This document shows positions 32,054 to 40,697 of a DNA stretch of 48,993 nucleotides, piece by piece. Below the pieces are notes generated by a model. It did not search any database, was not told the origin of the DNA, and worked only from the letters and a program-made list of their open reading frames with translations. The first letter of the stretch is position 1; each line of letters starts with the position of its first letter. A program made the position numbers and the translations under genes. The DNA is from an uncultured Clostridia bacterium. Lineage in GTDB: Bacteria > Bacillota > Clostridia > Oscillospirales > Oscillospiraceae. The stretch lies in NCBI GenBank assembly GCA_947167725.1, contig CAMVJF010000001.1:1-48993 (forward strand). The letters are read 5' to 3'.

Positions 32054-33959
32054 AACCGCCGCCCGAAAACTTAACGCGGCCATAGGCTCAGCCGTCCGAA
32101 ATTTCAGACCACCCGAAGAACTGACGGTGGCAGAATGGGCCGACAGACACCGCCGACTGTCCCCGGAGAACTCCGCGGAGGCTGGCCCGTGGCGCACTTC
32201 GCGCACACCATACCTACGGGAGCCCATGGAGGCTTTCACAGATCCGAAAATTCGCAAAATCGTAATGGTGGCGGCGTCACAGGTGGGAAAGTCAGAGCTT
32301 GAACTGAATGTGATCGGGTACATCATCGACCAAGATCCCGGCTCTATCCTATTTGTGCAGCCAACACTTGACGACGCCCGGAAGTTTTCACGGCTTCGCG
32401 TGGCGCCTATGATAAGAGACAGCAAACCGCTGAAAGCCAAAGTCAGCGACGTGAAGGCCAAAGACTCCGGCAACACGATCCTGCAAAAGTCTTTTCCCGG
32501 CGGTATGCTGACGATCACCGGATCGAACAGCGCCTCGGCTCTGGCCTCGACGCCGGCGCGCTACATTATCGGCGACGAGCGCGACCGCTGGGCGGCAAGC
32601 GCAGGAACCGAGGGCGATCCGTGGGCGCTCGCTGAGGCAAGGCAGGCGACCTTCTACAACGCGAAGGCCGTCGAGGTATCAACGCCGACGATCAAGGGAG
32701 CGTCGAACATTGAAAGCAGCTACTACCAAGGCACACAAGAACGCTGGTGCCATCTCTGCCCGGAGTGCGGCGAGTACGGCGAGATCCTATTCGACCGAAT
32801 CCAATTCAAACACCGCACCGAGAAAATAAGAGGGAAAAAGACATACACGATAGACGGCCCGATCTCATGGATCTGCCCGCATTGCGGCGTCCTCTCTACC
32901 GAGGAAACCATGAGGCGGCAGCCGGCGAAGTGGATCCCGGAGAACCCGGAGGCATACAAAGCGGGCGTCCGCTCGTTTTGGCTTAACGCCTTCTCGTCCC
33001 CGTGGACTCCATGGGAGAAGATCGTGCTCAAATTCTTGCAAGCAAAGGACGATCCGCAGAAGCTCAAAGTCGTATTTAACACGCTACTCGGCGAGCTCTG
33101 GGAGGATCGCGGCGATCTGGCCGACGAGGACACCATGCTGGCAAGGCGTGAGGACTACGGCACAAACGCCGACGGCTCTCCCGTGGAGCTGCCGGAGGGC
33201 GTGCTGGTGCTCACCTGCGGGGTAGATACGCAGGACAACCGCCTCGAATACGAGGTAGTGGGGCACGGCTACTACGGCGAAACATGGGGCATAAAAAAGG
33301 GCTACATCATGGGGAAACCGGACGCCGACGAGGTATGGGAACAGCTCGACGACGTGATCGGCCACATTTACCATTTTCGTGACGGAAAGGGGCTCCGGAT
33401 CTCGATCACCTGCGTGGACTCCGGCGGCCATTATACACAAGAGGTTTACGCTCGCTGCCGGCAGCGCAAAGACAAGCGCGTTTTTGCAATCAAGGGCAAG
33501 GGCGGCGACGGTGTGCCGTTTGTCACACCGCCGCACAAGATCCCGATCAAAGACAATAAGCGGATCACCTGCTGGCTCTACACCCTCGGCGTAGACGCTG
33601 GCAAAGAGACGATAATGTCAAGCCTCAAAGTGCAGGAACCGGGCGCGAAATACTGCCATTTCCCTGCGGGCGACGCCTACGGCTACGACGGCTACTACTT
33701 CGCCGGGCTGCTCTCCGAAAAGCTGGAGCTCACGCAGACACGGCGCGGCAATGTCTGGCGCTGGGTGAAGATACCCGGCCACGCCAGAAACGAGGCGCTC
33801 GACTGCCGAAACTACGCGCTCGCGGGGCTCAAAATCATAGATCCAGACATGGCAGCCGTGGAGAGACGACTCAAAAACCTGCCGGAAAAAGAGCGACCGG
33901 CAAAAGCACAGCCGCAGCGCCCAAAGAAGCAGGCGCCCGATCCCTTCGACGACTGGTAA
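32037..33959 (+). CDS. Terminase large subunit (lambda GpA family)
   Basis: 640 aa. AEWADRHRRLSPENSAEAGPWRTSRTPYLREPMEAF...VMVAASQVGKSE (Walker A-like) and a zinc-ribbon CHLCPECG...CPHCG are typical of the GpA family. Confidence 0.9.
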   Translation: MKQTSKTAARKLNAAIGSAVRNFRPPEELTVAEWADRHRRLSPENSAEAGPWRTSRTPYLREPMEAFTDPKIRKIVMVAASQVGKSELELNVIGYIIDQDPGSILFVQPTLDDARKFSRLRVAPMIRDSKPLKAKVSDVKAKDSGNTILQKSFPGGMLTITGSNSASALASTPARYIIGDERDRWAASAGTEGDPWALAEARQATFYNAKAVEVSTPTIKGASNIESSYYQGTQERWCHLCPECGEYGEILFDRIQFKHRTEKIRGKKTYTIDGPISWICPHCGVLSTEETMRRQPAKWIPENPEAYKAGVRSFWLNAFSSPWTPWEKIVLKFLQAKDDPQKLKVVFNTLLGELWEDRGDLADEDTMLARREDYGTNADGSPVELPEGVLVLTCGVDTQDNRLEYEVVGHGYYGETWGIKKGYIMGKPDADEVWEQLDDVIGHIYHFRDGKGLRISITCVDSGGHYTQEVYARCRQRKDKRVFAIKGKGGDGVPFVTPPHKIPIKDNKRITCWLYTLGVDAGKETIMSSLKVQEPGAKYCHFPAGDAYGYDGYYFAGLLSEKLELTQTRRGNVWRWVKIPGHARNEALDCRNYALAGLKIIDPDMAAVERRLKNLPEKERPAKAQPQRPKKQAPDPFDDW

Positions 33960-33971
33960 GGAGGCAAGACC

Positions 33972-34238
33972 ATGAAACGATCACCAAAAGCGATCCAGAC
34001 AGAGCTCACGCGGACACGCGAACGCCTCGACCTCTATCTCAAACGGGAGGCCGATATGCTCGGCGACGGCGTACAGCTTTACACGATAGGCTCCAGAAAC
34101 CTGCAACGCTACCAGACGACACTCTCGTCGGTGCAGGCAGAGATCGACAGACTCCAGAAGAAAGTCGATCAGCTGGAGGCAGAACTGGCGGGCGGTACAG
34201 CTCGCCGCGCGGTGGGAATTATCCCCCGCGACTGGTAA
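33972..34238 (+). CDS. Head-tail joining protein (lambda gpW-like)
   Basis: 88 aa between TerL and portal, as in lambda. ...YTIGSRNLQRYQTTLSSVQAEIDRLQKKV resembles gpW. Confidence 0.6.
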   Translation: MKRSPKAIQTELTRTRERLDLYLKREADMLGDGVQLYTIGSRNLQRYQTTLSSVQAEIDRLQKKVDQLEAELAGGTARRAVGIIPRDW

Positions 34239-34378
34239 TGGGTAAACGCCGGCGGCGGCCGGCTTTACTATATGCGGGCGCGGTGGAATTTGTGCTCCTT
34301 TATTTGCCGCGCCTGCCTCTATAAAAATAACAGAAGGAGGCGAGCACGACGTTCAAAGACCGCAAAACCGGGCTGATT

Positions 34379-36022
34379 TTGCCCGACTCTGTGCGACCTC
34401 AGAATAAGGGCTACGGAGAGGCCGGCGCCAGCTGGAAGAAAAAAGCCGTCAAGGGCTTCAACGCGCCGAGTGGATCCGCGCACGAGGACATAGACTTCAA
34501 CAACTTCACGCTGCGGCAGAGAGCGCGTATGCTCTACATGGCCGCGCCGATCGCCACCTCGGCGATCAAGACGAACCGCACAAACGTGGTAGGCGTCGGG
34601 CTCCAGCTGAAAAGCAGGATAGACCGCGAGGCTCTGGGACTATCCCCGGAGGCGGCAGAAGCATGGCAGAAAGCAGCGGAGCGAGAGTTTGCGCTGTGGG
34701 CGCAGAACAAGCGAGCGTGTGACGCCACCGGCGTGAATACGTTCTACGGGCTCCAGCAGCTCGCGCTCGTCTCGTGGCTATTGTCAGGCGACTGTATCGC
34801 CGTAATCAAGCAATACAAGCCGAGCAAGCTCACGCCCTACGCGCTGCGCGTGCACATCATCGAGTCCGACAGAGTGGCGACGCCCGGCGGCTCTGGTATC
34901 GGTGCGGCGCTGCTGCTGACGACCGGGAAAAACCCTGACAACGGGAACACGATCTTCGACGGCGTGGAGGTTGACAAAAACGGCGCCGTCGTGGCCTATC
35001 ATATCCGCAGCACATACCCCTATGAGCTCGGCAACCCTACGCCGACGACATGGGCGCGCGTGAAGGCGTACCAAGAACACACCGGGCTCCCTAACGTCGT
35101 GCACGTTATGGACTCAGAACGGCCGGATCAGTACCGCGGCGTCAGCTATCTGGCGCAGGTGATCGAGCCGCTGCTGCAAATGCGCAGATACACCGAGAGC
35201 GAGCTCATGGCTGCGGTGATCGAGTCGTTCTTCACGGCGTTTGTAAAGACGGAAGCGCCCACGGACGAAATGCCGTTCAACGAAACAGACGAACCGCCGG
35301 CAGAACCGCGAGGCCCTAACGACTACAACATGGGGCCGGGCACCGTCAACATTATGCAGCCCGGTGAGAGCGTGGAGTTTGCACAGCCGGCACGCCCGGC
35401 CGGAGGCTTCGGCAATTTCGTGAGCGCGATCAGTCAACAGATCGGCGCCGCTCTGGAGATCCCGGCTGATCTGCTGCTGAAATCGTTCAACGCCTCGTAC
35501 TCTGCGAGCCGTGCGGCTCTGCTGGAGGCGTGGAAGTCGTTCAAAATGCGCCGGGAATGGCTGGCAGACGACTTCTGCCGCCCTATCTACGAAGTGTGGA
35601 TGAGCGAGGCCGTGGCACGCGGGCGCATTTACGCGCCGGGCTTCTTTGCCGATCCGGTGATCCACGCCGCATACCTCGGCAGCGAATGGCTCGGCCCGTC
35701 GCAGGGGCAGCTCGATCCGGTGAAGGAGATCACCGCCGAGGTGCTGGCGTGCTCCGAAGGCTTTTCAACGCACGAGCAGAGCACGATCCGGCTCAACGGC
35801 GGCCAATGGGACGCAAATGTCGAGCAGCTGCGCCGCGAAAACGAAAAGCTCGGTGGCAAAGCGCCGGATCCGCACCAGAGCGGGCAGGGCGGCGATCAAG
35901 AGCCGCCCGAAGATACCGACGACAACCCGCACGATCCGCGGCAAGCAGAGGCAAGAGCCCGGCAAGCCGTGAGAGATCTCGTGCTGCGGGAGTCTATCAA
36001 AAAAGCATTTGAAGGAGGTTAA
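34379..36022 (+). CDS. Portal protein (lambda gpB family); start codon uncertain
   Basis: NFTLRQRARMLYMAAPIATSAIKTNRTNVVG...FYGLQQLALVSWLLSGDC is collinear with lambda-type portals. The TTG at 34379 is the first usable start, but the strong RBS sits at 34333-34340. Confidence 0.85.
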   Translation: MPDSVRPQNKGYGEAGASWKKKAVKGFNAPSGSAHEDIDFNNFTLRQRARMLYMAAPIATSAIKTNRTNVVGVGLQLKSRIDREALGLSPEAAEAWQKAAEREFALWAQNKRACDATGVNTFYGLQQLALVSWLLSGDCIAVIKQYKPSKLTPYALRVHIIESDRVATPGGSGIGAALLLTTGKNPDNGNTIFDGVEVDKNGAVVAYHIRSTYPYELGNPTPTTWARVKAYQEHTGLPNVVHVMDSERPDQYRGVSYLAQVIEPLLQMRRYTESELMAAVIESFFTAFVKTEAPTDEMPFNETDEPPAEPRGPNDYNMGPGTVNIMQPGESVEFAQPARPAGGFGNFVSAISQQIGAALEIPADLLLKSFNASYSASRAALLEAWKSFKMRREWLADDFCRPIYEVWMSEAVARGRIYAPGFFADPVIHAAYLGSEWLGPSQGQLDPVKEITAEVLACSEGFSTHEQSTIRLNGGQWDANVEQLRRENEKLGGKAPDPHQSGQGGDQEPPEDTDDNPHDPRQAEARARQAVRDLVLRESIKKAFEGG

Positions 36023-36025
36023 GGC

Positions 36026-37246
36026 ATGAGGAAAAAATTTCTCATGGGCTCCGCTGCGCGTCAGCCTACTGCCGCTGCGCCGAAATTCTGGAACATGGCA
36101 GAAACCGGCGACGACTCGGCAGAGATCACACTCTACGGGGACGTTATGGCAAAGCAGCCGACAGACTGGTGGACAGGGCAGCCGGAACCGGGGCTTTACA
36201 TCACGCCGGAGGGCTTTATGGACGATCTGGCAAAGATCAAGGACAAAGCCCACATCACCGTCAAGCTCAACAGCTGCGGCGGCGATCTCTACACCGGGAT
36301 CGCTATCCACAATGCGCTGAAGGCCCTCAGCGGCGAGGTGAATGTCGTCGTCGAGGGTATCGCTGCAAGCGCGGCGAGCGTGATCATGTGCGCAGGCGAC
36401 ACCGTGACGGTGTTCCCCGGCTCTCTGATTATGATCCACGGCGTCAGCGTCGTGCTCTGGGACGCGCTCAACATTCAGGACATGAAGCAGCTGATCAAGG
36501 GCATGGACGCGAGCGAGCGCGCGGTGGCTGCGATCTACAACGCAAAGACCGGGATCGAGATCGACAAGCTCCGCGGCATGATGACCAAAGAGACGTGGCT
36601 CACCGGCGCGGAGGCGATCGAGAACGGCTTCGCCGACGAGCTGGCAGAGGGTGAGACTGCCGCAGAAATGAGCATGAGCGGCGACAGGAAGGTGCTGTTC
36701 GTGAACGGCATTCAGCACAACGTCGGAACCTTCCGCAATATACCGGGCACAATCCCGGTCAATAACAGCGCAAAACCGGAAAAGCCGGTAGCGAATAAGC
36801 CGTCCAAGGCGGCAAAACATGAAGGAGGAAAGCAGCACATGACACTCGAAGAACTCAGAGCACAGGAGCCGGAGCTCGTGGCTCAGATCGAGCAGGACGC
36901 GAGAAACACCGCGCAGTCTGCCGCAGTAACAGCGGAGCGCGAACGCCTCGCGGCCATTGACTCGATCGCGGCCTCGGTGCCGGATCAGCAGCTCGTCCAC
37001 GACGCAAAGTACGGGGACAACCCCTGCACAGCGCAGGATCTCTGCTTCCGCGTTATGCAGCAGAGCGCAGCACAGGGGCAGAGCTTCCTCACGGCATACG
37101 CGCAGGACGGCAAAAACTCCGGCGCGGCAGACGTGAGCGCAGCGCCTAACGGTGGAGCGGCAAGCACACCGGAGGAACAGGACGCGGCAGAACTCGCCGT
37201 CGTTCTTAATGCGTACAACCAGACGAAGGGAGGCAGCAAGAAATGA
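36026..37246 (+). CDS. ClpP-like prohead protease with a C-terminal scaffold-like domain
   Basis: KFWNMAE...AEITLYGDV...KLNSCGGDLYTGIAIHNAL...ASAASVIMCAGD...IMIHG carries the ClpP/S14 Ser-His pattern. The C-terminal half is helical and low in complexity. Confidence 0.8.
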   Translation: MRKKFLMGSAARQPTAAAPKFWNMAETGDDSAEITLYGDVMAKQPTDWWTGQPEPGLYITPEGFMDDLAKIKDKAHITVKLNSCGGDLYTGIAIHNALKALSGEVNVVVEGIAASAASVIMCAGDTVTVFPGSLIMIHGVSVVLWDALNIQDMKQLIKGMDASERAVAAIYNAKTGIEIDKLRGMMTKETWLTGAEAIENGFADELAEGETAAEMSMSGDRKVLFVNGIQHNVGTFRNIPGTIPVNNSAKPEKPVANKPSKAAKHEGGKQHMTLEELRAQEPELVAQIEQDARNTAQSAAVTAERERLAAIDSIAASVPDQQLVHDAKYGDNPCTAQDLCFRVMQQSAAQGQSFLTAYAQDGKNSGAADVSAAPNGGAASTPEEQDAAELAVVLNAYNQTKGGSKK

Positions 37247-37845
37247 GCACCAGACTTGACGAGACGATCGCAACAATGGGCGCCGACAATCTGATCAGCG
37301 ACGTTTACCCGCCTGCTGACGTGTTCTCTGTGAAGATCCTCAAAGAGAGCGGCACGGCGACAACCTACAAGCGCGGCACCGTTCTGGCACTCGGCGAGGA
37401 CGGGAAAATGGTGATCCTCGGCACAGCAGGAACGGCCGGCACATTCTCCGGAACCGGAGACGGCAGCACAAAGGCGTTTTCTCTGATCGCAAACGGCGTA
37501 AAGCCTGCAACAGTCACCGAGGTGAAGGTGGACGGCACAGCGCTGGAAACCGGCTTCGAGTACAACGCCGAAACCGGCTATCTGATCTTTGCAGAGGCGC
37601 CGGCAAATACTAAGACAATCGCGGTCAAGACCACGATTGGCGCGTACACCGCTAACGCTATTCTGGCCGAGGACGTGACCGTCGGCTCCGCAGCAGACGC
37701 CGCGGCGATCGCATACCGCACCGGACACTTCAACAGCAATGCGCTGATCGTGGCGTCCGGCTACACTATCACCGCAGCAGACAAAGAAGCGCTCCGCACC
37801 GCGGGGATCCTGCTCTCTGACGCTGTGAGCATTGCAAGCAACTAA
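37243..37845 (+). CDS. Head decoration protein (lambda gpD-like) with an inserted domain
   Basis: ATGA overlap with the upstream gene, immediately before the major capsid gene. The termini (DNLISDVYPP...; ...AYRTGHFNSNALIVASGY...ILLSD) fit the gpD family. Confidence 0.6.
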   Translation: MSTRLDETIATMGADNLISDVYPPADVFSVKILKESGTATTYKRGTVLALGEDGKMVILGTAGTAGTFSGTGDGSTKAFSLIANGVKPATVTEVKVDGTALETGFEYNAETGYLIFAEAPANTKTIAVKTTIGAYTANAILAEDVTVGSAADAAAIAYRTGHFNSNALIVASGYTITAADKEALRTAGILLSDAVSIASN

Positions 37846-37862
37846 GGAAGGAGGACAAGGCA

Positions 37863-38945
37863 ATGGCTCTCAATTTTTTTGACACCCACACGCTGCTCGC
37901 CTCTGTGCAGCAGCTCGAACCGCTTCACACCTTCCTGCTCGACCGCTATTTCCCCACAAACTCGGCGACGGACGTTTTCGCCACCGACGACGTGCTCGTG
38001 GAATACAAGAAGGGCAGCAAGAAGGCCGCACCGTTTGTGGCGCCTCGTAAGGGCGGCATCACCATTCTGCGCGACGGCTACACCGTGAAGCGCTTCACCC
38101 CCTCGTATATCGCGCCTAAGCGCACGCTGACGATCGACGACCTCAACAAGAGGGGCTTCGGCGAGGCTCTGTACTCTCAGCTCACACCTCAGCAGAGGCA
38201 GGCCGTGCTCATGCTTCGCGATCTCGACGAGCTCCGCACAATGAACGAACGCCGCAAGGAGGCAATGGCCGCCGAGGTGATCTTCACGAACGGCTGCGTC
38301 ATGGACGAATATGTGGACGACCTGCACACCTTCGAGGAAAAAGAGGTGCGCTTTTACGACGGGCCTCAGAACCCGGCCGTCTACACCCCCTCGGCGTACT
38401 GGAGTACGACAGAGGCAAGCGGAAAGCAGATCCTCAGTGACGTGGCGGCCATGATCGCCATGCTGACAAGGCGCGGGCTCCCTGCCACAGAGGTGCTGGT
38501 GGCTCCCGACGTCGCAGACGTGATCCTCGCGAACGAGTGGATCCTCAAACTGCTTGACAACAGGCACTACGAGATCGGCGGCGTGGATCCTGCCGTTCTG
38601 CCGTCCGGTGCGTCGAAGATCTGCCGCCTCAACATCAAGGGCCGCATGATCGACTTCCTCAGTTACGAGGACACATACACCGAGATCGACGGCACGGTCA
38701 AGTCCTTCATTCCGCAGGGCATGATCGCCGTGTGCGCTCCCTCGGCAGGCCGCACCATTTACGGCGCAGTCACTCAGCTGGAACAGGCAGACGGAGAGTT
38801 TCACACCTATGCCGGCGTGAATGTGCCGAAGTATCTCAGCGACGCGAGAAGCAACGTCCGCGAGCTGATCCTCACGTCTGCGCCTCTCTGTATGCCTAAC
38901 AACGAAAACCCGTTTATCACAGCTCGCGTGATCGCTGCTACTTAA
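37863..38945 (+). CDS. Major capsid protein (lambda gpE family)
   Basis: 360 aa. The N-terminus FFDTHTLLASVQQLEPLHTFLLDRYFP...VEYKKGSKKAAPFVAPRKGG is characteristic of the Phage_cap_E family. Confidence 0.85.
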   Translation: MALNFFDTHTLLASVQQLEPLHTFLLDRYFPTNSATDVFATDDVLVEYKKGSKKAAPFVAPRKGGITILRDGYTVKRFTPSYIAPKRTLTIDDLNKRGFGEALYSQLTPQQRQAVLMLRDLDELRTMNERRKEAMAAEVIFTNGCVMDEYVDDLHTFEEKEVRFYDGPQNPAVYTPSAYWSTTEASGKQILSDVAAMIAMLTRRGLPATEVLVAPDVADVILANEWILKLLDNRHYEIGGVDPAVLPSGASKICRLNIKGRMIDFLSYEDTYTEIDGTVKSFIPQGMIAVCAPSAGRTIYGAVTQLEQADGEFHTYAGVNVPKYLSDARSNVRELILTSAPLCMPNNENPFITARVIAAT

Positions 38946-38969
38946 TCGGCGACAGAAAGGAGCGAAGAT

Positions 38970-39386
38970 ATGGCAAAAATCAAAGTGATCCGCGGCGGCT
39001 GCGGCATTTCGTACAAAGACGAGCACGGAGCTGATCGTCACGCTCTGAGGACAGCCGAGGACGGCCCCTTCGAGTGCGACGAGCAGCAGGCCTCGCGCCT
39101 CGTTTCTCTCGGCGTCGCCGAGTATGCAGACGAACAGCAGGCGGCGGCCCCTGCAATCGCAGAGGCAACACCGGAGGGCGAGGAACCGATCGCCGGCACG
39201 CTGGATCCGGATCAGCTCAAAGACATGAGCCTCAATCAGCTGAAAGAACTCGCGGCAGATATGGGGGCAGACGTTAAGGGCTGCAAGTCGAAGGGCGACT
39301 ACATCAACGCGATCACGGCGCTGGAGGTAGAAGCAGGCGACGAGGACGACGACCTGCCGGATCTCGGCGCTGCTGATCCGGAGTAA
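38970..39386 (+). CDS. Hypothetical protein with a Rho_N/HeH-like motif (paralogue 1)
   Basis: LNQLKELAADMGADVKGCKSKGDYINAI. The N-terminus is homologous to the next gene. Confidence 0.55.
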   Translation: MAKIKVIRGGCGISYKDEHGADRHALRTAEDGPFECDEQQASRLVSLGVAEYADEQQAAAPAIAEATPEGEEPIAGTLDPDQLKDMSLNQLKELAADMGADVKGCKSKGDYINAITALEVEAGDEDDDLPDLGAADPE

Positions 39387-39399
39387 GGAGGGCAGCAGC

Positions 39400-39720
39400 A
39401 TGATCAAAATTATCAAAGGCAGCTACGGGCTGAAAGTGGGCGGCACAGTCAAGGCCATGGGGCCGGGCTCTGATCCGTTCACACTCTCAGAGGCCCGCGA
39501 GGCTGAGCTGGTAGCTCTCGGCGTGGCTGAGAAAGTGGAAACAGCAGAGAGCGACTACGCAGGCAAGACAATGGCAGAACTCCGCACAGAGGCAGCTAAA
39601 CGCGGCGTAGACGTTAAGCAGGCCAAGAGCAAGCGCGAAGTGATCAACGCGCTGGAGTCCAGCGGCACAAAGCAGCAGGACAACGGCGAGAGCGCCGAGA
39701 GCGACGAGGGCGCAGAGTAA
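39400..39720 (+). CDS. Hypothetical protein with a Rho_N/HeH-like motif (paralogue 2)
   Basis: MAELRTEAAKRGVDVKQAKSKREVINAL. N-terminus IKIIKGSYGLKVGG...LVALGVAEKV parallels 38970..39386. Confidence 0.55.
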   Translation: MIKIIKGSYGLKVGGTVKAMGPGSDPFTLSEAREAELVALGVAEKVETAESDYAGKTMAELRTEAAKRGVDVKQAKSKREVINALESSGTKQQDNGESAESDEGAE

Positions 39721-39723
39721 GCG

Positions 39724-40041
39724 GTGAACTTCAAGGATCAGATCCGGAAGGATCTCACAAGCGTTTTCTTGAACCTCGGCGAATTTGCAGAGCTTCACAG
39801 GATCGAAGGCAAACAGGTGGCCGCCGTTATTGACGACGACGAGCTGCGCGAGCTCAAAAAGGGGCAGATCCTCGACATGACGGAGGCTGATATGCTGATT
39901 TTAGCAAAAGCCGACGACCTGCCGCGGGATCTGGATCCGGGGCGGCTGCTGAATGTTGACGGCCGCGAAATGCTCATAGTTAAAGCCGGCGAGGACATGG
40001 GGCTCGCGGAAGTCGCTCTACGCCAGAACCGCAGCGCATAA
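39724..40041 (+). CDS. Putative head-tail connector / head closure protein
   Basis: GTG start, 105 aa. The call rests on position between the head and tail modules. Confidence 0.4.
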   Translation: MNFKDQIRKDLTSVFLNLGEFAELHRIEGKQVAAVIDDDELRELKKGQILDMTEADMLILAKADDLPRDLDPGRLLNVDGREMLIVKAGEDMGLAEVALRQNRSA

Positions 40042-40055
40042 GGAGGGTGATCGCT

Positions 40056-40682
40056 ATGCTGGTATCACAGATCGACAGCGTGGTGAAATGGCTCGCCTCT
40101 AATGTGTGCGGCAAGATCACGCTAAAGGTGCCGGACGACTACAAAAACGACGCAGACTATCCCGTCGAAATGGTGCACCCTGCGGCTTTTCCGCTCTATG
40201 TACCGGGCAAGGAAAGGCTGCCGCCTAATGTGCCGGCGCCTATCCCCTCTATCTGCGTGCAGCTTATGGAGGGAAACGACGACCTCACAAAGAGCCGCCG
40301 ATCGCTCCAGATCCGGCTCTGCCTTGCGTGCTGGAACCCCGGCGAACACGGGGACGCTACTTTTCAAGCGCGGGAAAATCCGGCGGCGCTGGGCGGGTAT
40401 TCTTATTACCTGCTGAGCGACAAAAGCGAGCAGAGCTATGTCAGAAATATGGACGGCTGGAAGGACTCGCTCACCTTCGCGGATCTCGTGCTCAGAGAGC
40501 TGGAGAACGCGGAGTACATCGCCGGTCTGAGGCTCGTCAAAGAGGACGGGATCAAATTCGGGCTTTTCACAGAGGACGGGAATATCTGGGACTACTACCC
40601 GTACTGGCATAACTGGATCAGCTTCACGCTGGAGGCCGGGATCACGCCGAAGAACCCGAAGATCTACGAGAATTTACTTTAA
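40056..40682 (+). CDS. Putative neck / tail completion protein
   Basis: ATG at 40056, 9 nt after AAGGAGG. The GTG at 40047 abuts the RBS, so it is less likely. Sits upstream of the sheath gene. Confidence 0.45.
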   Translation: MLVSQIDSVVKWLASNVCGKITLKVPDDYKNDADYPVEMVHPAAFPLYVPGKERLPPNVPAPIPSICVQLMEGNDDLTKSRRSLQIRLCLACWNPGEHGDATFQARENPAALGGYSYYLLSDKSEQSYVRNMDGWKDSLTFADLVLRELENAEYIAGLRLVKEDGIKFGLFTEDGNIWDYYPYWHNWISFTLEAGITPKNPKIYENLL

Positions 40683-40697
40683 CAAGGAGGAAAAACA

